A DNA stretch of 63,519 bases, filler included, from Choristocarpus tenellus KU-1152 (taxonomy: Eukaryota; Protista; Phaeophyceae), in the NCBI GenBank assembly GCA_964200185.2. It is 13 parts of 13 records of this genome, joined end to end, with 100 filler letters (N's around TTAATTAATTAA, not from the genome) between each part and the next. Parts side by side here need not be neighbours in the genome. Positions count along the whole stretch, not along the records: positions 1 to 4,751 come from CAXNAD020013203.1; positions 4,852 to 20,147 come from CAXNAD020001022.1; 11 more parts are not named here. One strand, 5' to 3'. The position numbers and the translations under genes were made by a program. Under the pieces are notes generated by a model that saw only the letters and a program-made list of their open reading frames with translations, ran no database searches and was not told the origin of the DNA. Position 1 is the stretch's first letter, and the number at the start of each line of letters is the position of its first letter. Of the stretch, positions 1-12,500 are shown piece by piece.

Positions 1-13
1 GGGGGGGGGGGGG

Positions 14-72
<59 letters not shown>

Positions 73-722
73 ATTGACTGATTAGTGCTGATTATTTAAG
101 GGTTAGGGTACATGATCGACAGATGCTTGAACATTTAAAATAACATGTTGGGGGGAAAAGCCAACAGTGTTGGCAAGCTGTCATCAGGAAATAATAAGTA
201 ATAGATGATCTGATAGTGAACACAATCTAGTATTCTGTGACTTCCTCTCTGAATTTTATTGAGGAACACCATCTTTGACTGATGTTGATCCTAATGTAAT
301 TACATGTATTTACTTTCTGTTGATGGGGTTTTGTATAATAGTTACACAAAGGCCTACGGTATTCCTTTCAAGCCACTAATTGAGAACTTAAATGCTCGTA
401 ACGCCTTCCAATTTTCTGGTGCGATAGTTGCTACTTGGATTCCAGTTGGTTGTTGATTTATATTTTTTGTTATTATTATTATTTATTTATTTATTTTATG
501 TTTTCAAGAGGAAGAGTGACTAAAAAAAATCAACTATACTCTGTTGATAGTTGGAGAAATGTAACTTTTTTTGGTTCTTGAAAAAATAAAAACATACCAG
601 GAAAAACGGTTGTATCAGAGTAAACACGTTACACTTTTTTTTCTTATCTAGAGTTTTTGTAAAATAATATGGTACTGCCTTGCCTGTGTCAACCCCTGTC
701 TCCCATCCTCATAATGCACAAG

Positions 723-3700
723 ATCATGGCACTTGATACCAGCTCTAATGATGTTGGTGAGGCAAGTCCTAATGGTGAAAGTGATAGCATTATGTCGCCT
801 GTCAGTTCTACAGGAATCCTTCCCCAGGTGGGTGGCCTGTTTCATGGTTTGGTCTCATACGTTATACGTCATACGTCATACGTGTTGATGTACAAGTGTA
901 TTGCATTGTGTGATACGTGATACATCTTACAGTGTAAGTGTATTGCATTATGTGATATTATGTGATGTTTGGGGGGCTTGTTCTGCCTCTGTACTATGTG
1001 ATACGGTGTGATACGGTGTGATACGGTGTGATACTATGTGATACGGTGTGATACTATGTGATACGGTGTGATACTATGTGATACGGTGTGATACTATGTG
1101 ATACTATGTGATACGGTGTGTAGACACGGGAATAAAAAAAATAAGGTCTTTGAGAGGTTGCTGTCGACATGTCAACTGTAGGGGTATTCTTGGGGGTTGA
1201 CTTGACTTGACAACTTTTGACCAGGTCTGCCAGTGTCTAAAATGTCTCGTGCTTGGGCTGCCTCCCATGAGTATTTTGGACAGGGCGGGTTCATTTCCAT
1301 CAACTATTCGAACATGATCGACTTGTCGTCATGACTCGTCCCCCACTAACACATTTACCGACTGGGTTGGTGACGTAGTGATCGATCCTGTGCCTTCATT
1401 GATATTAATTAATATATTAATAATGTATACCACCTCACTTCTGGTGACATTCTTGTTCCTTGCCCATGCCCCACCTTCCAATGTTCAGCGTTGTCATTCA
1501 GCTCCAATGTCAACCACGTCGGAGGACTGGGGAGCCCTTGGGAATCTCGATGGCGGTCCTCTAGCAGGCGGCAGCATGGGCACGCTTTGGAATGCCAACC
1601 CTTCAAATGTTCACATTCCCCAGCCTCTTGATACCAATGCCATGATTAATCGTCTTCATCAGGGTAATAACCAGCTGCCGTCAGTGTTCCAGGGGGGTTT
1701 GCAGGCCCAACCTGCTGCGCCCCCTCCACCTCCGCTGCAGGTGCAGCCACAGCTTGCCCCTGCCCCAGCACTGCAGCCCATTGCTGCGCCTGTCAGGGCA
1801 GTTGCTGTTGATCAGCTTGAGCGGCAGATATCAGCAGCCCCGAAGGAGGGTGGGGAGGTTATGCCATTTGCAAGCGTGGAGGAGTTGTTAGAGTCGGTGG
1901 GGTTTGTGAAGTACTTGCCTAACTTCTTGGAGCAGGAGTTTGATGTGACGGCTGTTGCACTCATGGAAGATTGTGACTTCGAGGAGATCAAGGTTAGTTT
2001 TCTTGTGTTTTGCTTTTGATTGGTTAGGGATTGTGATTGGGGGGGGGGGGGGGGGTTAGAGTTGTGCATCGAAGTGGTTGGCTTTTGATTGGTTTGTTTT
2101 GGTTGGTGTGTTCCTTGTTGAGTCCTTGAGGCTGTTATGAGAGCTTGACTTGCATTGGTGTACTTATCAATGGGTTAGGGTTAGCAACTTCGGTGTTGAG
2201 AGGAAGAGATAAAATAAATTGAGGCATTGACATCGGCATTTGGGCAGCTGTAGCAGGAGGAGAGAGAAGATAATACATATACACACATACACAAACATAT
2301 TCATACCTCCCCTTGTTTCTGTTACTGCAACAAAGCATGACCCTAACCTTAAACTAATCTTGAAGGGTAGTGATCATGTTAAGGTTGAGGGATACCAGGG
2401 TAATAACATCAACCTCATTGACTGAATGCAAATAGTACTAATGATAGCTGTACCACAGAACAAAGTGTTCAATTGTGCAGTGTTCGCCTTTTGGGTGTGA
2501 AATAGAAATCTATCATCACTTTTATTTTTTTATTTTTAGAGGTGCGATTGCAATTACTCGTAAGCAAAATTAAACAAAAAATATTCGGGTACAACAACAG
2601 AAGGCGACTTTGGCAGAGTAGAGTAAGCTCATGAACCATTTTGCTGTTTCTTGAATATATTCTGTGAGTTCATGCCCCTCCCTTCAAGGTCAGACCTTTT
2701 TTCATGGAAGGACAGTACAAAAATTCCCTGTTACTATTAAAAAAAATGGGAGGGGGGTGGTATCGGGGTAGTCTACTGATCTCCCATGTCCAGGATGGGG
2801 TTCTGCAGGGTGCAATGCCTCATGTTGGTAACAAAAAAAGACAGTTGGGGGGGGAATAGGAGTGGGACCTCTGCCAGGTAGTAGCCACCATGCTTTCAGC
2901 AGAAGAAACAGGACAGGAATGGGATTGTGTGCTTTTGTACACCTGTTGGGGCTGTGCTGGGTGAAGAGACATCCGCTGCTAATCAGCTACAGCCTCAAGG
3001 AGTGACAGGAGGAAAGGCGTGGACAGGGGGGTTGTGTGTGTTTGCTCAGGGGTTGATGATGGAACTATACTAACATGCGTATGTGTGGGGGGTGTGTGTG
3101 TGTAATTTTGATGTGGGAAGTGGGCAATGGGGGTATCTCAAGTAGCAACTGAGGCATTACAGGTGAAGGTCCTGCCAGACAGCACAGGATTGAATTGTGT
3201 TCTGCATGTACAATGCCCTCCCTCCGATAGAAATAGAAAATATATTGTTGAACTGAAGGTAGAAGGTAAGGGGGGGGGGATGAGACAGATATCTACTGCT
3301 TCTTGTCTTGCGATATCTACTACCATGTTGCACCATAGGAACAGGATTGTCTGGCAATGTTCCTCAATGTGCTTTGCACTGAACCCTTGAAGGATTGGAC
3401 CATACATGGACTGCACTCAGAACCCTATCCCTACAGGACCAATATTTGTTGTCCTTCTCTGGGTGTGCAGGTGCCCAAGGGTCCACAATTGAAAATCCAG
3501 CAAGCTTGCCGCACAGCAGGGCTTATTATGTCTACCACAGATAACAGTGACAGTGAGCGAGAAGATGACCAACAGGTTGGAAATAGTAGTGGAGGGACAA
3601 GAGCACCAGCAGCTGAGGACGTTGATCCAGAAAAAGATCTTTGCAAGATCTGCCTGGATGCTCCTGTGGAGGTGATAGCCGTTTTTGCCTTGATATGATT

Positions 3701-4587
3701 TCTTTTGGATTTTTGAAGTCTTGGAGATGATAGGGGGTAGTAAACTGTCAGATTGAGCTGTGTGTGTTTGGAGGAGATCCGTGATACAGTGAACAGGATC
3801 AGTGGGTGATGTTTTGTCTTGAGGTTAGTGGGAAATGGCTCTGAATGGTGGATGTGGTGAATGCAGTAGGTTCCCTTCTCCTTCCTAGCTTTCATGCAAA
3901 GGGTATCTTTAGTCCATAGATTGAGGCCATTCTTGACCCCCTGAAAATGGCTCTGAAAGGTGAGTGTGGTGAATACAGTAGGTTCCCTTCTACTTCCTAG
4001 CTTTCATGCAAAGGGTATCTTTAGTCCATAGATTGAGACCATTCTTGACCCCCTGTTTTGCTGTCTCAGGAGTGTTCAGTATGTTACTTGCATTTATATG
4101 ACAACTGACCTTTGTATTTTTATTTTAATGATTAAGTGCTTTATACCACCAGAACAGTTGTCGATGCATTAATAGTAATAAATAATAAATGATTAGTAGC
4201 AAACGACGATGACGTTACACTCCAGGTACCTTCAACATAAGTCTTTTTTGTGGTAAAATGAGGGCTACTGTGTTAAATGTTGTCCATATTTCTCGGGTAA
4301 GATTCAGATGGCGGTGGATATGTACAGGCAGCATATAGACCTATGGAATCAGTTATTGACCCAATAAAAAGCAGGCACATTCCTACACGCTGACCATGAC
4401 CTTCTGTATGTTGGGATTATTGCTATTTGCCAATCTTGCAACATTCTGGGAACCCTTCACATTTTATCAGGTCACGTTCCTGGAGTGTGGACATCAAGTG
4501 TGCTGTTTCAATTGTGCAGCTCCTATGAAGGATTGCCCCATATGCCGTGAACCCATTTCACGGATGATTAAGTTCTTCAGATCATAA
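723..4587 (+). CDS. SAM-domain + C-terminal C3HC4 RING (IAP/MDM2-like) protein, probable E3 ubiquitin ligase; 5' end missing
   Basis: Exons 723-827, 1489-1992, 3471-3671, 4471-4587 join in frame at GT-AG sites (first exon least certain). SAM: SVEELLESVGFVKYLPNFLEQEFDVTAVALMEDCDFEEIK|VPKGPQLKI. RING: CKICLDAPVE|VTFLECGHQVCCFNCAAPMKDCPICREPISRMIKFFRS*. Confidence 0.85.
992..1120. repeat. 10-bp minisatellite with two unit variants (ATACGGTGTG / ATACTATGTG)
   Basis: About 13 consecutive 10-mers read directly; intronic. Confidence 0.95.
2845..3025 (+). repeat. Diverged copy of the copia LTR-like sequence at about 5500-6078 (possible solo LTR)
   Basis: Collinear blocks shared with the reverse complement of 5500-6078: GGAG.GG.A.CTCTGCC, GGCTGTGCTGGG, CAGCTAC, GGAAAGG(G)CGTG. 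Confidence 0.45.
3833..4055. repeat. Tandem duplication, 112-bp period, intronic
   Basis: 3833-3943 and 3945-4055 are near-identical (AAATGGCTCTGAA...CATTCTTGACCCCCTG). Confidence 0.95.
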
Positions 4588-4751
4588 AATTTGATCAACA
4601 CCGGGTTTCCTTAACCATTGGGGCATTAAGAGGGGACGGACAGGTGCAGGAGCCAAATTCGAAGACAGTGAACATCTGACAAGGCGTATTTTGCAGGCCT
4701 ATCTTATGTTGGGGGGGGGGGGGGGGGGGGGGGGCAAGTCATTTTGTTTTG

Positions 4752-4851
4752 NNNNNNNNNNNNNNNNNNNNNNNNNNNNNNNNNNNNNNNNNNNNTTAAT
4801 TAATTAANNNNNNNNNNNNNNNNNNNNNNNNNNNNNNNNNNNNNNNNNNNN
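4752..4851. other. Artificial contig linker (first of 12)
   Basis: N-run + TTAATTAATTAA (stops in all six frames) + N-run, 100 bp. Repeated at 20148, 24163, 29968, 35818, 38482, 43203, 45971, 50913, 54226, 56994, 60606. Confidence 0.98.
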
Positions 4852-5499
4852 TAACGGAAAAAGTCCGTCAGTGAAATCATGGACTCTTGACAGGGAACCT
4901 CACTCGGTACCACGGTATATGGCATACGGCAATAACGGTATAATTACAAACATGCTTTCCACACTTATTCATCAATTATTATTATGATAGAAGTTTTGTT
5001 GGAGAGAAAGTTTGTGTGTGTGTGTGTGTGTGCATGCAACAAAAGGTAAACCTGTGTTCCCACTCGCTCCTGCCTGTCTCTGAACTACAAAAAAGAGAAA
5101 AGAAAGCGAAAATCTGAATCGTGGTGGGAAGGATTGATTCTTTATTATAGTCAATAAGTCGTGTGTGTGCACAAGATTCGATGGAGAAGGCGTAGGGATG
5201 AGGGGTGGGATGGTAGCACCCACTGCGCGAGAAAAATTCAAGGCATACCTGTGGGGGTATGATTGATTATTAATGGTAGTGCCAACAGTGAATTTGCAGT
5301 ACAATTTTACAGGTAGTGCAATGAGCCGTACCCTGTGATGTCATACTAGGTACTTCATTCTTGGTCCCAATCTAAATATCAAGGTGGTGAAAATAATGAT
5401 ACTCGCTTGGAGTAGCATTACTACTACTAATTACAATATTAAAATATTAGCAGTATTTAAAAATAGGTGTTGCTAGGAGAGATGCAAAGCGGTGGATAT

Positions 5500-6900
5500 T
5501 TGCAGCCATCATCACACGCCCCTTTCCTTTTTCGTTGCACTATACAGGCATGTGCGGTCCAGCTTTTGCCAAACCGTTTATTGGGAGGATGGTTGACCCA
5601 GAACATGGTTTAAATTCAGCAAGGCCATCATCTCCTTTTCCTGCACAGGCAGACATAATGCACCCCCTGGCACAAGCCCCCTGCGCCCCATTCCTTCCTC
5701 CTGATAAGGATCAAAGTATCCGGGGTGGCAGCTGTCCATTTGGGGCCCATTTTTTCATTTTACGATTTTTTGGTGATTTGGTTGCATGCGTCAGATGGAT
5801 AATGTAAGTTCACTTCTCCTGGTCAGGGTCCGAATGGACACCCTGGTGTAGACCCCCTCACACTCCCAGATACTTCGAATCATGAAGGTGGAGCTCCGTA
5901 GCTGCTAGTTGGCAGAGCACTCTAGGCAGGGAATCTTTTCGTCTGCTCTTTTCCCCCCAGCACAGCCTCCTATAGTTTACCCAGGCCCACACCCCCGCTG
6001 TTCCTTTCTTCCTGGCACTCCTGGAACACAGAGGTTAGTATTCGGCAGAGCTTCCCCTCCTCTATCCCCACTGGCACAGTCGCCCCCTGCAACCACTACT
6101 AATGTACAGTTCTGTGCATACGAGAGGCCTGCAATACCTTGTCCTGGTTACGGAATGTTCGCAGTAGTCCAAAATGATTATTCCAAGTGAGACTCAAAAA
6201 TATCATTGCTCAACAGGATTATTGCAAAGTATTTGTCTCAGCGGCAGTGTGTGCAATTTTGTAGACAGATGGAACTTTGTTTGGTAGACAAAATAGCGTT
6301 TGCTCCACCTTATCTGTTCCTAAAAGGAAATAACATGTGTGCAGAAATAGACCAAAGTTGACCACAGAATTGTTGAAATAATGAAGTTCTCGTATCCAGG
6401 CTTACGACAAAATCTCAATTGTCAATAAAAAGTGGCTGCTTACATTAATCGGAGGATCTGAATCTAGGACTTGCAAATGAAGAAAAGGCGAATTGGAGGC
6501 CAGGCATATACGGCAACCCAAGAAGTGTTTCATGGTCGTAACATCATGTACTACACGTAATACTCCCAGCTGAAGCACGAAACCAGACATACACAATCTG
6601 TTCCATCATGCTCACACGCCGTGTTCCAACTCCAACCTTCACAGCCACTGCGTATAACAACTCATTATATTGCTGTAACATATGGTAAGCAGTTCTTCAA
6701 ATCCTCTTTGGGCACAGCTCAATGTTGATGAGCCATGGACTGAAACTCAAGGCATCCGTCACATAATTGATAATGCGTAGATCAGATGGGCTTCCCTGTC
6801 CTGGGCACTAGACTGTGCATCTGCATCGAAGGCTTCATGCAAGCATAAAAGGGAACCACTGCTATCGCCACTGTACCTATATGCAATATAGCGGCATCAC
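5500..6900 (-). mobile_element. Degenerate Ty1/copia LTR retrotransposon 3' end (RT/RNase H remnant, PPT, 3' LTR)
   Basis: Minus strand: 'PKRI*R' and 'MSGFVLQLG' resemble copia RT-RNase H motifs. PPT-like GGTTGCAGGGGGCGAC is followed directly by TG at 6078. The LTR is interrupted by a MITE at 5708-5881. Confidence 0.5.
5708..5881 (+). mobile_element. MITE family A (about 175 bp)
   Basis: Termini GGATCAAAGTATC...GATACTTCGAATC; internal GTCCATTTGG and CCGAATGGAC; flanks ATAA/ATGA; homologous to many other copies in the window. Confidence 0.85.
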
Positions 6901-6924
6901 AATCAACTCTCCCTTGCAATGACA

Positions 6925-9455
6925 TCAACTATCCCTCCCACCCTTACGCCTCTTCCTTCCCCTGCCTTTGGCTTCCTCCAAGGGATTAGGGCTGAACACA
7001 TTGTTGGATGCTTGAGGATCATGTTTGTTCAACACACGGATGCCTGCGAGGAGGTAGCCCCCTGAGCTCGACATGTTGTTGAGAGGGTGGGTACGACCCG
7101 GCAGCACCTGTGTGTGCATCAGACCAAACCAGGTGTTTGTTTTGGTTAATGTGGCATGCAGTATACGTGAGATGGCAGGAAATGTATATATTTTTAACAA
7201 GCATGCATCAGGGAGAGGTAGAAGAAGGGCTAAGACAACGAAGCAATTTTATGGCAAGGGCATCTTTTAATCCTCTTTATTTCATTTGCGGCTCCAGAGC
7301 AGTCAGGGGCATAATTTAAAAAAAGTTAAACAAAGAAGCACACCATGAAGCTGCGTTCAGTGCGAGTGGCAACTACAGCTCGCATCAAGCCTACTTCCCC
7401 ATACTCCTCCCTAATATAGTGATAGGCCTGGATAAAACAATATGCACCACAGATTTCTATTCTTTGCATCAAGGCTGTGGAGGGGCTCTTCTAGCACACA
7501 TGTTCAAAGGGAGTACAAAAGGCACTTGAGTACGCACAACTTCAAGAAAATTCCGGTGGACTCACTACAAAGTACCTTACCAAATACCTGAAATATAACG
7601 GTACAGTAGTCTATGGAAAAGCGGCCAAAATCGGGTGGCGATTGGTTAGATGTCCAGTTGGAGTACACAAGAAATCGTTGATGTTCATCAGATTAATCAT
7701 ATACTGTTAGCAGCGATATCACAACATTATACCACTGCATCAAAAATTCATTTTATACACTTTAGAAGTCAGGAAATTTCCAGGTTTATTCGGTTGCTCG
7801 CCCCCAAAAGCGCCTCGCTCAAATCTGCACCTTGACCATTTACGAGAACTGGCACCCGAAGCTAATGAGAGAACATCCATATCCGCATTCTGCTACCTCT
7901 TCACCCCTCAATTGTCAACAGTGACATCTTGTCAACTGGCACAATGCAGTCGTGCTTGCTTCAAAGTTGACAACAAAACAAGGGGACGCTCTGGCATAAA
8001 TAAGCTCAAAGGTTGGATAGTGCTCCACAATACATCAAAATCTGAACATACACTTCAAGTGTATGTATAAACTCCTCTTGAGTGGCAACCTCTCTGCCCA
8101 TCAATCAAAAGTGCCGAAAACTCTTTATTCTCTCGAAAAAAGCAGCATTGAGTGGTACTAACTGATCGAGACACATTTTGGTTCAGGATAACGCAATAGA
8201 AGCCAGTCTCTTACTCTCGTCCCCCGTCATTGACATTTTCTGAAAGCAAACAATTTAAGCTCAAAAGCCACTGCACATTAGAGCACACACACTACCACAT
8301 AAACACTACTTAGTAGCAAGTACTTCAAACCAGTAATTTCCATAACCAACGATCACCCGTAACAACCAAAATCCCGTTGATGGTGTTCTTAGGGATACAC
8401 AAGGAAGAAACACTATTTTACCAATGACTAGTCAAAATGAGCCAAATAGGAGGGGGAGGAGACAGTAAAAAAACCTGCAATAAAAAAAATAAATCCCTCT
8501 TTCCAACAGCAGGGTGTAGAGTCAAAGAAGGTTAATGCAGGGGCTAGGTGGAAATCTCACCTGGAACTCCCTCATCCAAGTGTCTAAGAGTTGAAGCTTG
8601 ATACCCGCCCCTGTCAACTGCAAAGAGCGCATGCAAGCAATTAGTGGCTGCACACTCGTACATGGTGTTTCCCCCCCCCAACCCGCCCCCATCCACATCA
8701 AGGGTTTGGTGCAGTGCACCATCCATGGGGGTAGCACAGGAAAGTTCTTGGTCAGGGAGACTTTTACAGAGAGCATAGAAAATTTTTGGCAGGCGCAATG
8801 ACACAACATTGCTACCAATTTTGAAGACAAATGGGGCTATACAGCTGCCTGCCCTACCTTCCAACAGAACTACTATGTAGCAGCTCTTTTGACTTCAACC
8901 ATGTCTTCACATATCATCCCAAAACACGGTCTAGCAGCAGCACTATTGCACTCCAAAGTAATTGCCCAGACAAAGCATGGATAAGTATGTACCTGACATT
9001 ATGGAACATGCTAGAACTGATTAGTCAAACATGTACTCAATACACTTTGAAGACACGAGATTTGTCAGTAAGTGAAGCCAAGGAATTCACCGATCTGTCC
9101 AATCCCCACAAATGCTGCTACTGTCATTGAAATCGCCACTACCTCCAGCCCTCTACTTTTTTCCAGTCTACAAGAGTTAGGGTTAGGGGTGGGACAATCT
9201 CTCAGTCCGAAATGGGCTAGTACATAACCCAAGTCAACCCTCACCTCAATAAACTCTGAATACACCACGAAGGGTCTAGATGGGATGAGGAAGGGGAGCA
9301 TGGCGTGGAGGGAGGTGGTGGGGTCGTACTTGGAGGCTATGATAAGGCAATCTGAGCCCTCTCGCATCCATTCCCTAACCTGAGAAAAAGACAAGCAATT
9401 GAGAAAAATGGAGGGTTGACACTTGTGCACGTTGACCTGTATATGAACCAATAAA

Positions 9456-9502
<47 letters not shown>

Positions 9503-12500
9503 TCTTGCTGTCAGGAAGAGTGGCACAACATACTGTACACTTCCTAAACTCCCAGAACCATGATAGAGAAAAAGGTTGAGAGAGACAGAAAGTCACTCTG
9601 GATAGCTAAACATACAGTTACTGCATAAGACACACATCAATGTTGGGGACTTGTCTATGATATGCACCATCCAACCTCCTTACTCTTCTGCGCCATTGTA
9701 TCAAGTGAACACATTCAGGTCAACTTAATAACCCAACACTTATGTCACCATAGAAGATTCAGACCGTAACACCCACTATCCACAACAACGTTACAGATGA
9801 TTTCCTCCCTAATGTCCGCTACCAGGATAACAATCAGATATCAGGTGCCATACGGCATTCATTGTCCCTAGAACGTCCAAGCCTAGTTCCTCTACAACAC
9901 CTTGCTCAGCACAACACAAACACAATTTTGCTCTACAATGTCTGTTGCCTGGGACAATGCCCGCACCAATTTGATGATTCATTATCATCACTATTCCACA
10001 CCCTGGCTTGATCTTCACGCACCCATGGTCAGGGGCTTTAAGGCAGGCGGGGAGCAATAGACAGGAGAAATATCTATTTTTTTCAGGGACAGTTACACAT
10101 TCTTTCTTCAAGACAACAACTCTCAATTGCTTGTAACATGAATTGATCACCAGGCACTTATCGCCACTTGCTCTGTATCGCCCGCTGTACATAAAAAAGG
10201 TTTGTTGCGCAAGGTGCTAAAAGGTTAGCTTGTCTAATGAGGCGTTATGCTGTCCAGTGTGCGTGCAAGTTACACAAGCGGAGAGGTGTTACGTGCGAAA
10301 ACAAGTGTGGTCGTTGTGTTGTTGCTATCTATGCTGTTGATCCGTTGTCTGTGTAACAACTCCAGACACGTATGCAACATTGCAAGCATGGGGTTAGAGT
10401 TCACATCTGGTACAAGGAGACACACACACACGCACGCACGATAAACAAAAAACCCCGAAAAGACAATAAAAACAAAGAAGGGACACAGACTGTACTTCAA
10501 AAGAAAAAGCAGCGCTGGTGGGGTACACAGGCAACCCCAACTAAACTAACTGAACTATCCTACACACACAAAACAAGTACAGCCCCCAGGGAGACCGGAC
10601 ACAACACTTCCGCAACACAAATAGACTTGTCTGGAGGCTGTCAGATCACCACAGCACAAGCGCAATGACCGACCCCCATACAACAAGCCCAAACTCCTTC
10701 AGGTACCACGTATGGTGCAGTACTATCTCCTCTACCGGTACACACCGGTACCAGAGCCCTGTCAAGTGTGTCTGTCACAAGAACCACTTCTGCATGTGTG
10801 CGTACTCCACTTAGCGTTGCAGTTTTTACTCACTATGATTTACTGCAGCAGATTAATAACACCCGCATTCGATCGCTGCGTGCCTATCCTCCTCAACACA
10901 ACGAACAGGAGTGCCTTTTTGGTGGGTCGGCTACTAATCCACAAAAACTGCTCGTTCCCGCCATCGGAAACCATAGGATTTCAGAGGGGTGGTACAAGGG
11001 GGATGGCCTTCGCCGTTGAATGTCGCACATAGAGTACACACTCAGAACACAGCGCCAACGGTGCCTTGCTCAACCACACGATAGTACTGCCCGAACAAAA
11101 ATCGACCTCCTCTCCCGACTCCTCATCTCTATGAAAAGCAACAACAACAAAATGTCCAGTCAACCCCTTCCTCCCTCCCTCCCTCCCCCTCTTGAACTAA
11201 ATCTGCAAGTAAGGGCTAAAAGAACCGAACTGCTACTACCATACTCCGTGTACCACGAATGTGTTCCATCATGCAACTACTGCGTGCACTGTCGTGCATA
11301 CTGTAAGTCACCAAAATATCAACACATTTTCCTATCTGCTGAGAGTGAGTACAGGCCTTCCACATTTCTGGAACATCAGGCACTGTGCACACGAACATCT
11401 CTACAAGGACCAAAACTACCTGCCACACACATGACCACACCTTATCTTGAGGTTCCCAACTCACGCTCCCCACAAGCATCAGTTGCCCAGCTAGGAGTCA
11501 CCATCTATTGCTACCACGTAGTACAACAACACACTCTCACACTCTACTCTCAATTCAGATAAGAACACCTACAGTTAAGCACATGCATTCCCCTTCAGGG
11601 AGGCCAAACTGAGCCACACTAGTCCACAGAAGGAGACTAGACAGCATACAGTACAAGCTACTGCAACCTGCATCAGAGCACAATACAAAAAAGGCACCCT
11701 CTCTGGTTTTCAACACACCTCCTCTAATACAGACAGACAGCATGTAGCGCATCTTCTCCACCCAAGGAACTAACACCGCTTGTTACACTACACTTGAACG
11801 AACAGGGGAGGGGGAAGGACAAAGCAGCGAGCACTGAAAGTCAACATCAACATACATTACAACACCCCCAAAAGACCAAGCCTTGACCCCACCTTACTCC
11901 ATCCACGTCTCAACTACAGTTGAAGAAAACAAACATCAAGGAAGAGAGGGGGAAGGCGCTTATTATCACCTGATGTGCTGGTGGCCGCAGCTTGTTCCGC
12001 CTCATCCTTGCCAGTTTCTTAGCAAAGTTCTTTTCCCGATTCTAAAGAAGTTAAGTCCGCACCATCACAAACAACCCACAATCCCCATTTTTTAAAATTC
12101 CAGACCCCGATTCCAATCCAATCCAATTGAAAGCAAAGCAAAGTGGACAAAAGAAAAAGGATTAGGGGGAGAGGTACAAACACAAACATACCCCAAGTGG
12201 TTCAATTTGTCAGGGGAGTTCTGGTCTCGATCGTGGTCTGGAGCATTTGTTGTTCAGAAAACCAACACCATACTAGTTGTGGTGTGCTGGAGAACTGATC
12301 AGTGCCCGACTACTGTGTTATCAAGCCCGTGTAAGAGGTGGGTACACTCACATCAACCTTGAATGGGTAATAATAAACACACGCCGAGAATTGGACATGT
12401 TGCTCAACTTTTACCAGCTCTGCATGCACTTTTGAAGCACAACACCAGCTCAAAATGGATTGCAACAGCTGCTTGCAGGGAAGTGTCTCGATTCAAGTAA

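Noticed and set aside
1-70. Long poly-G/poly-C tracts at contig ends as G-quadruplex elements
   Set aside because: Homopolymer lengths at short-read contig ends are unreliable and mark assembly breaks.
4752-4851. Regularly recurring TTAATTAATTAA palindromes within N-runs
   Set aside because: Artificial six-frame-stop linkers between contigs; ORFs ending in X...LIN are artefacts.
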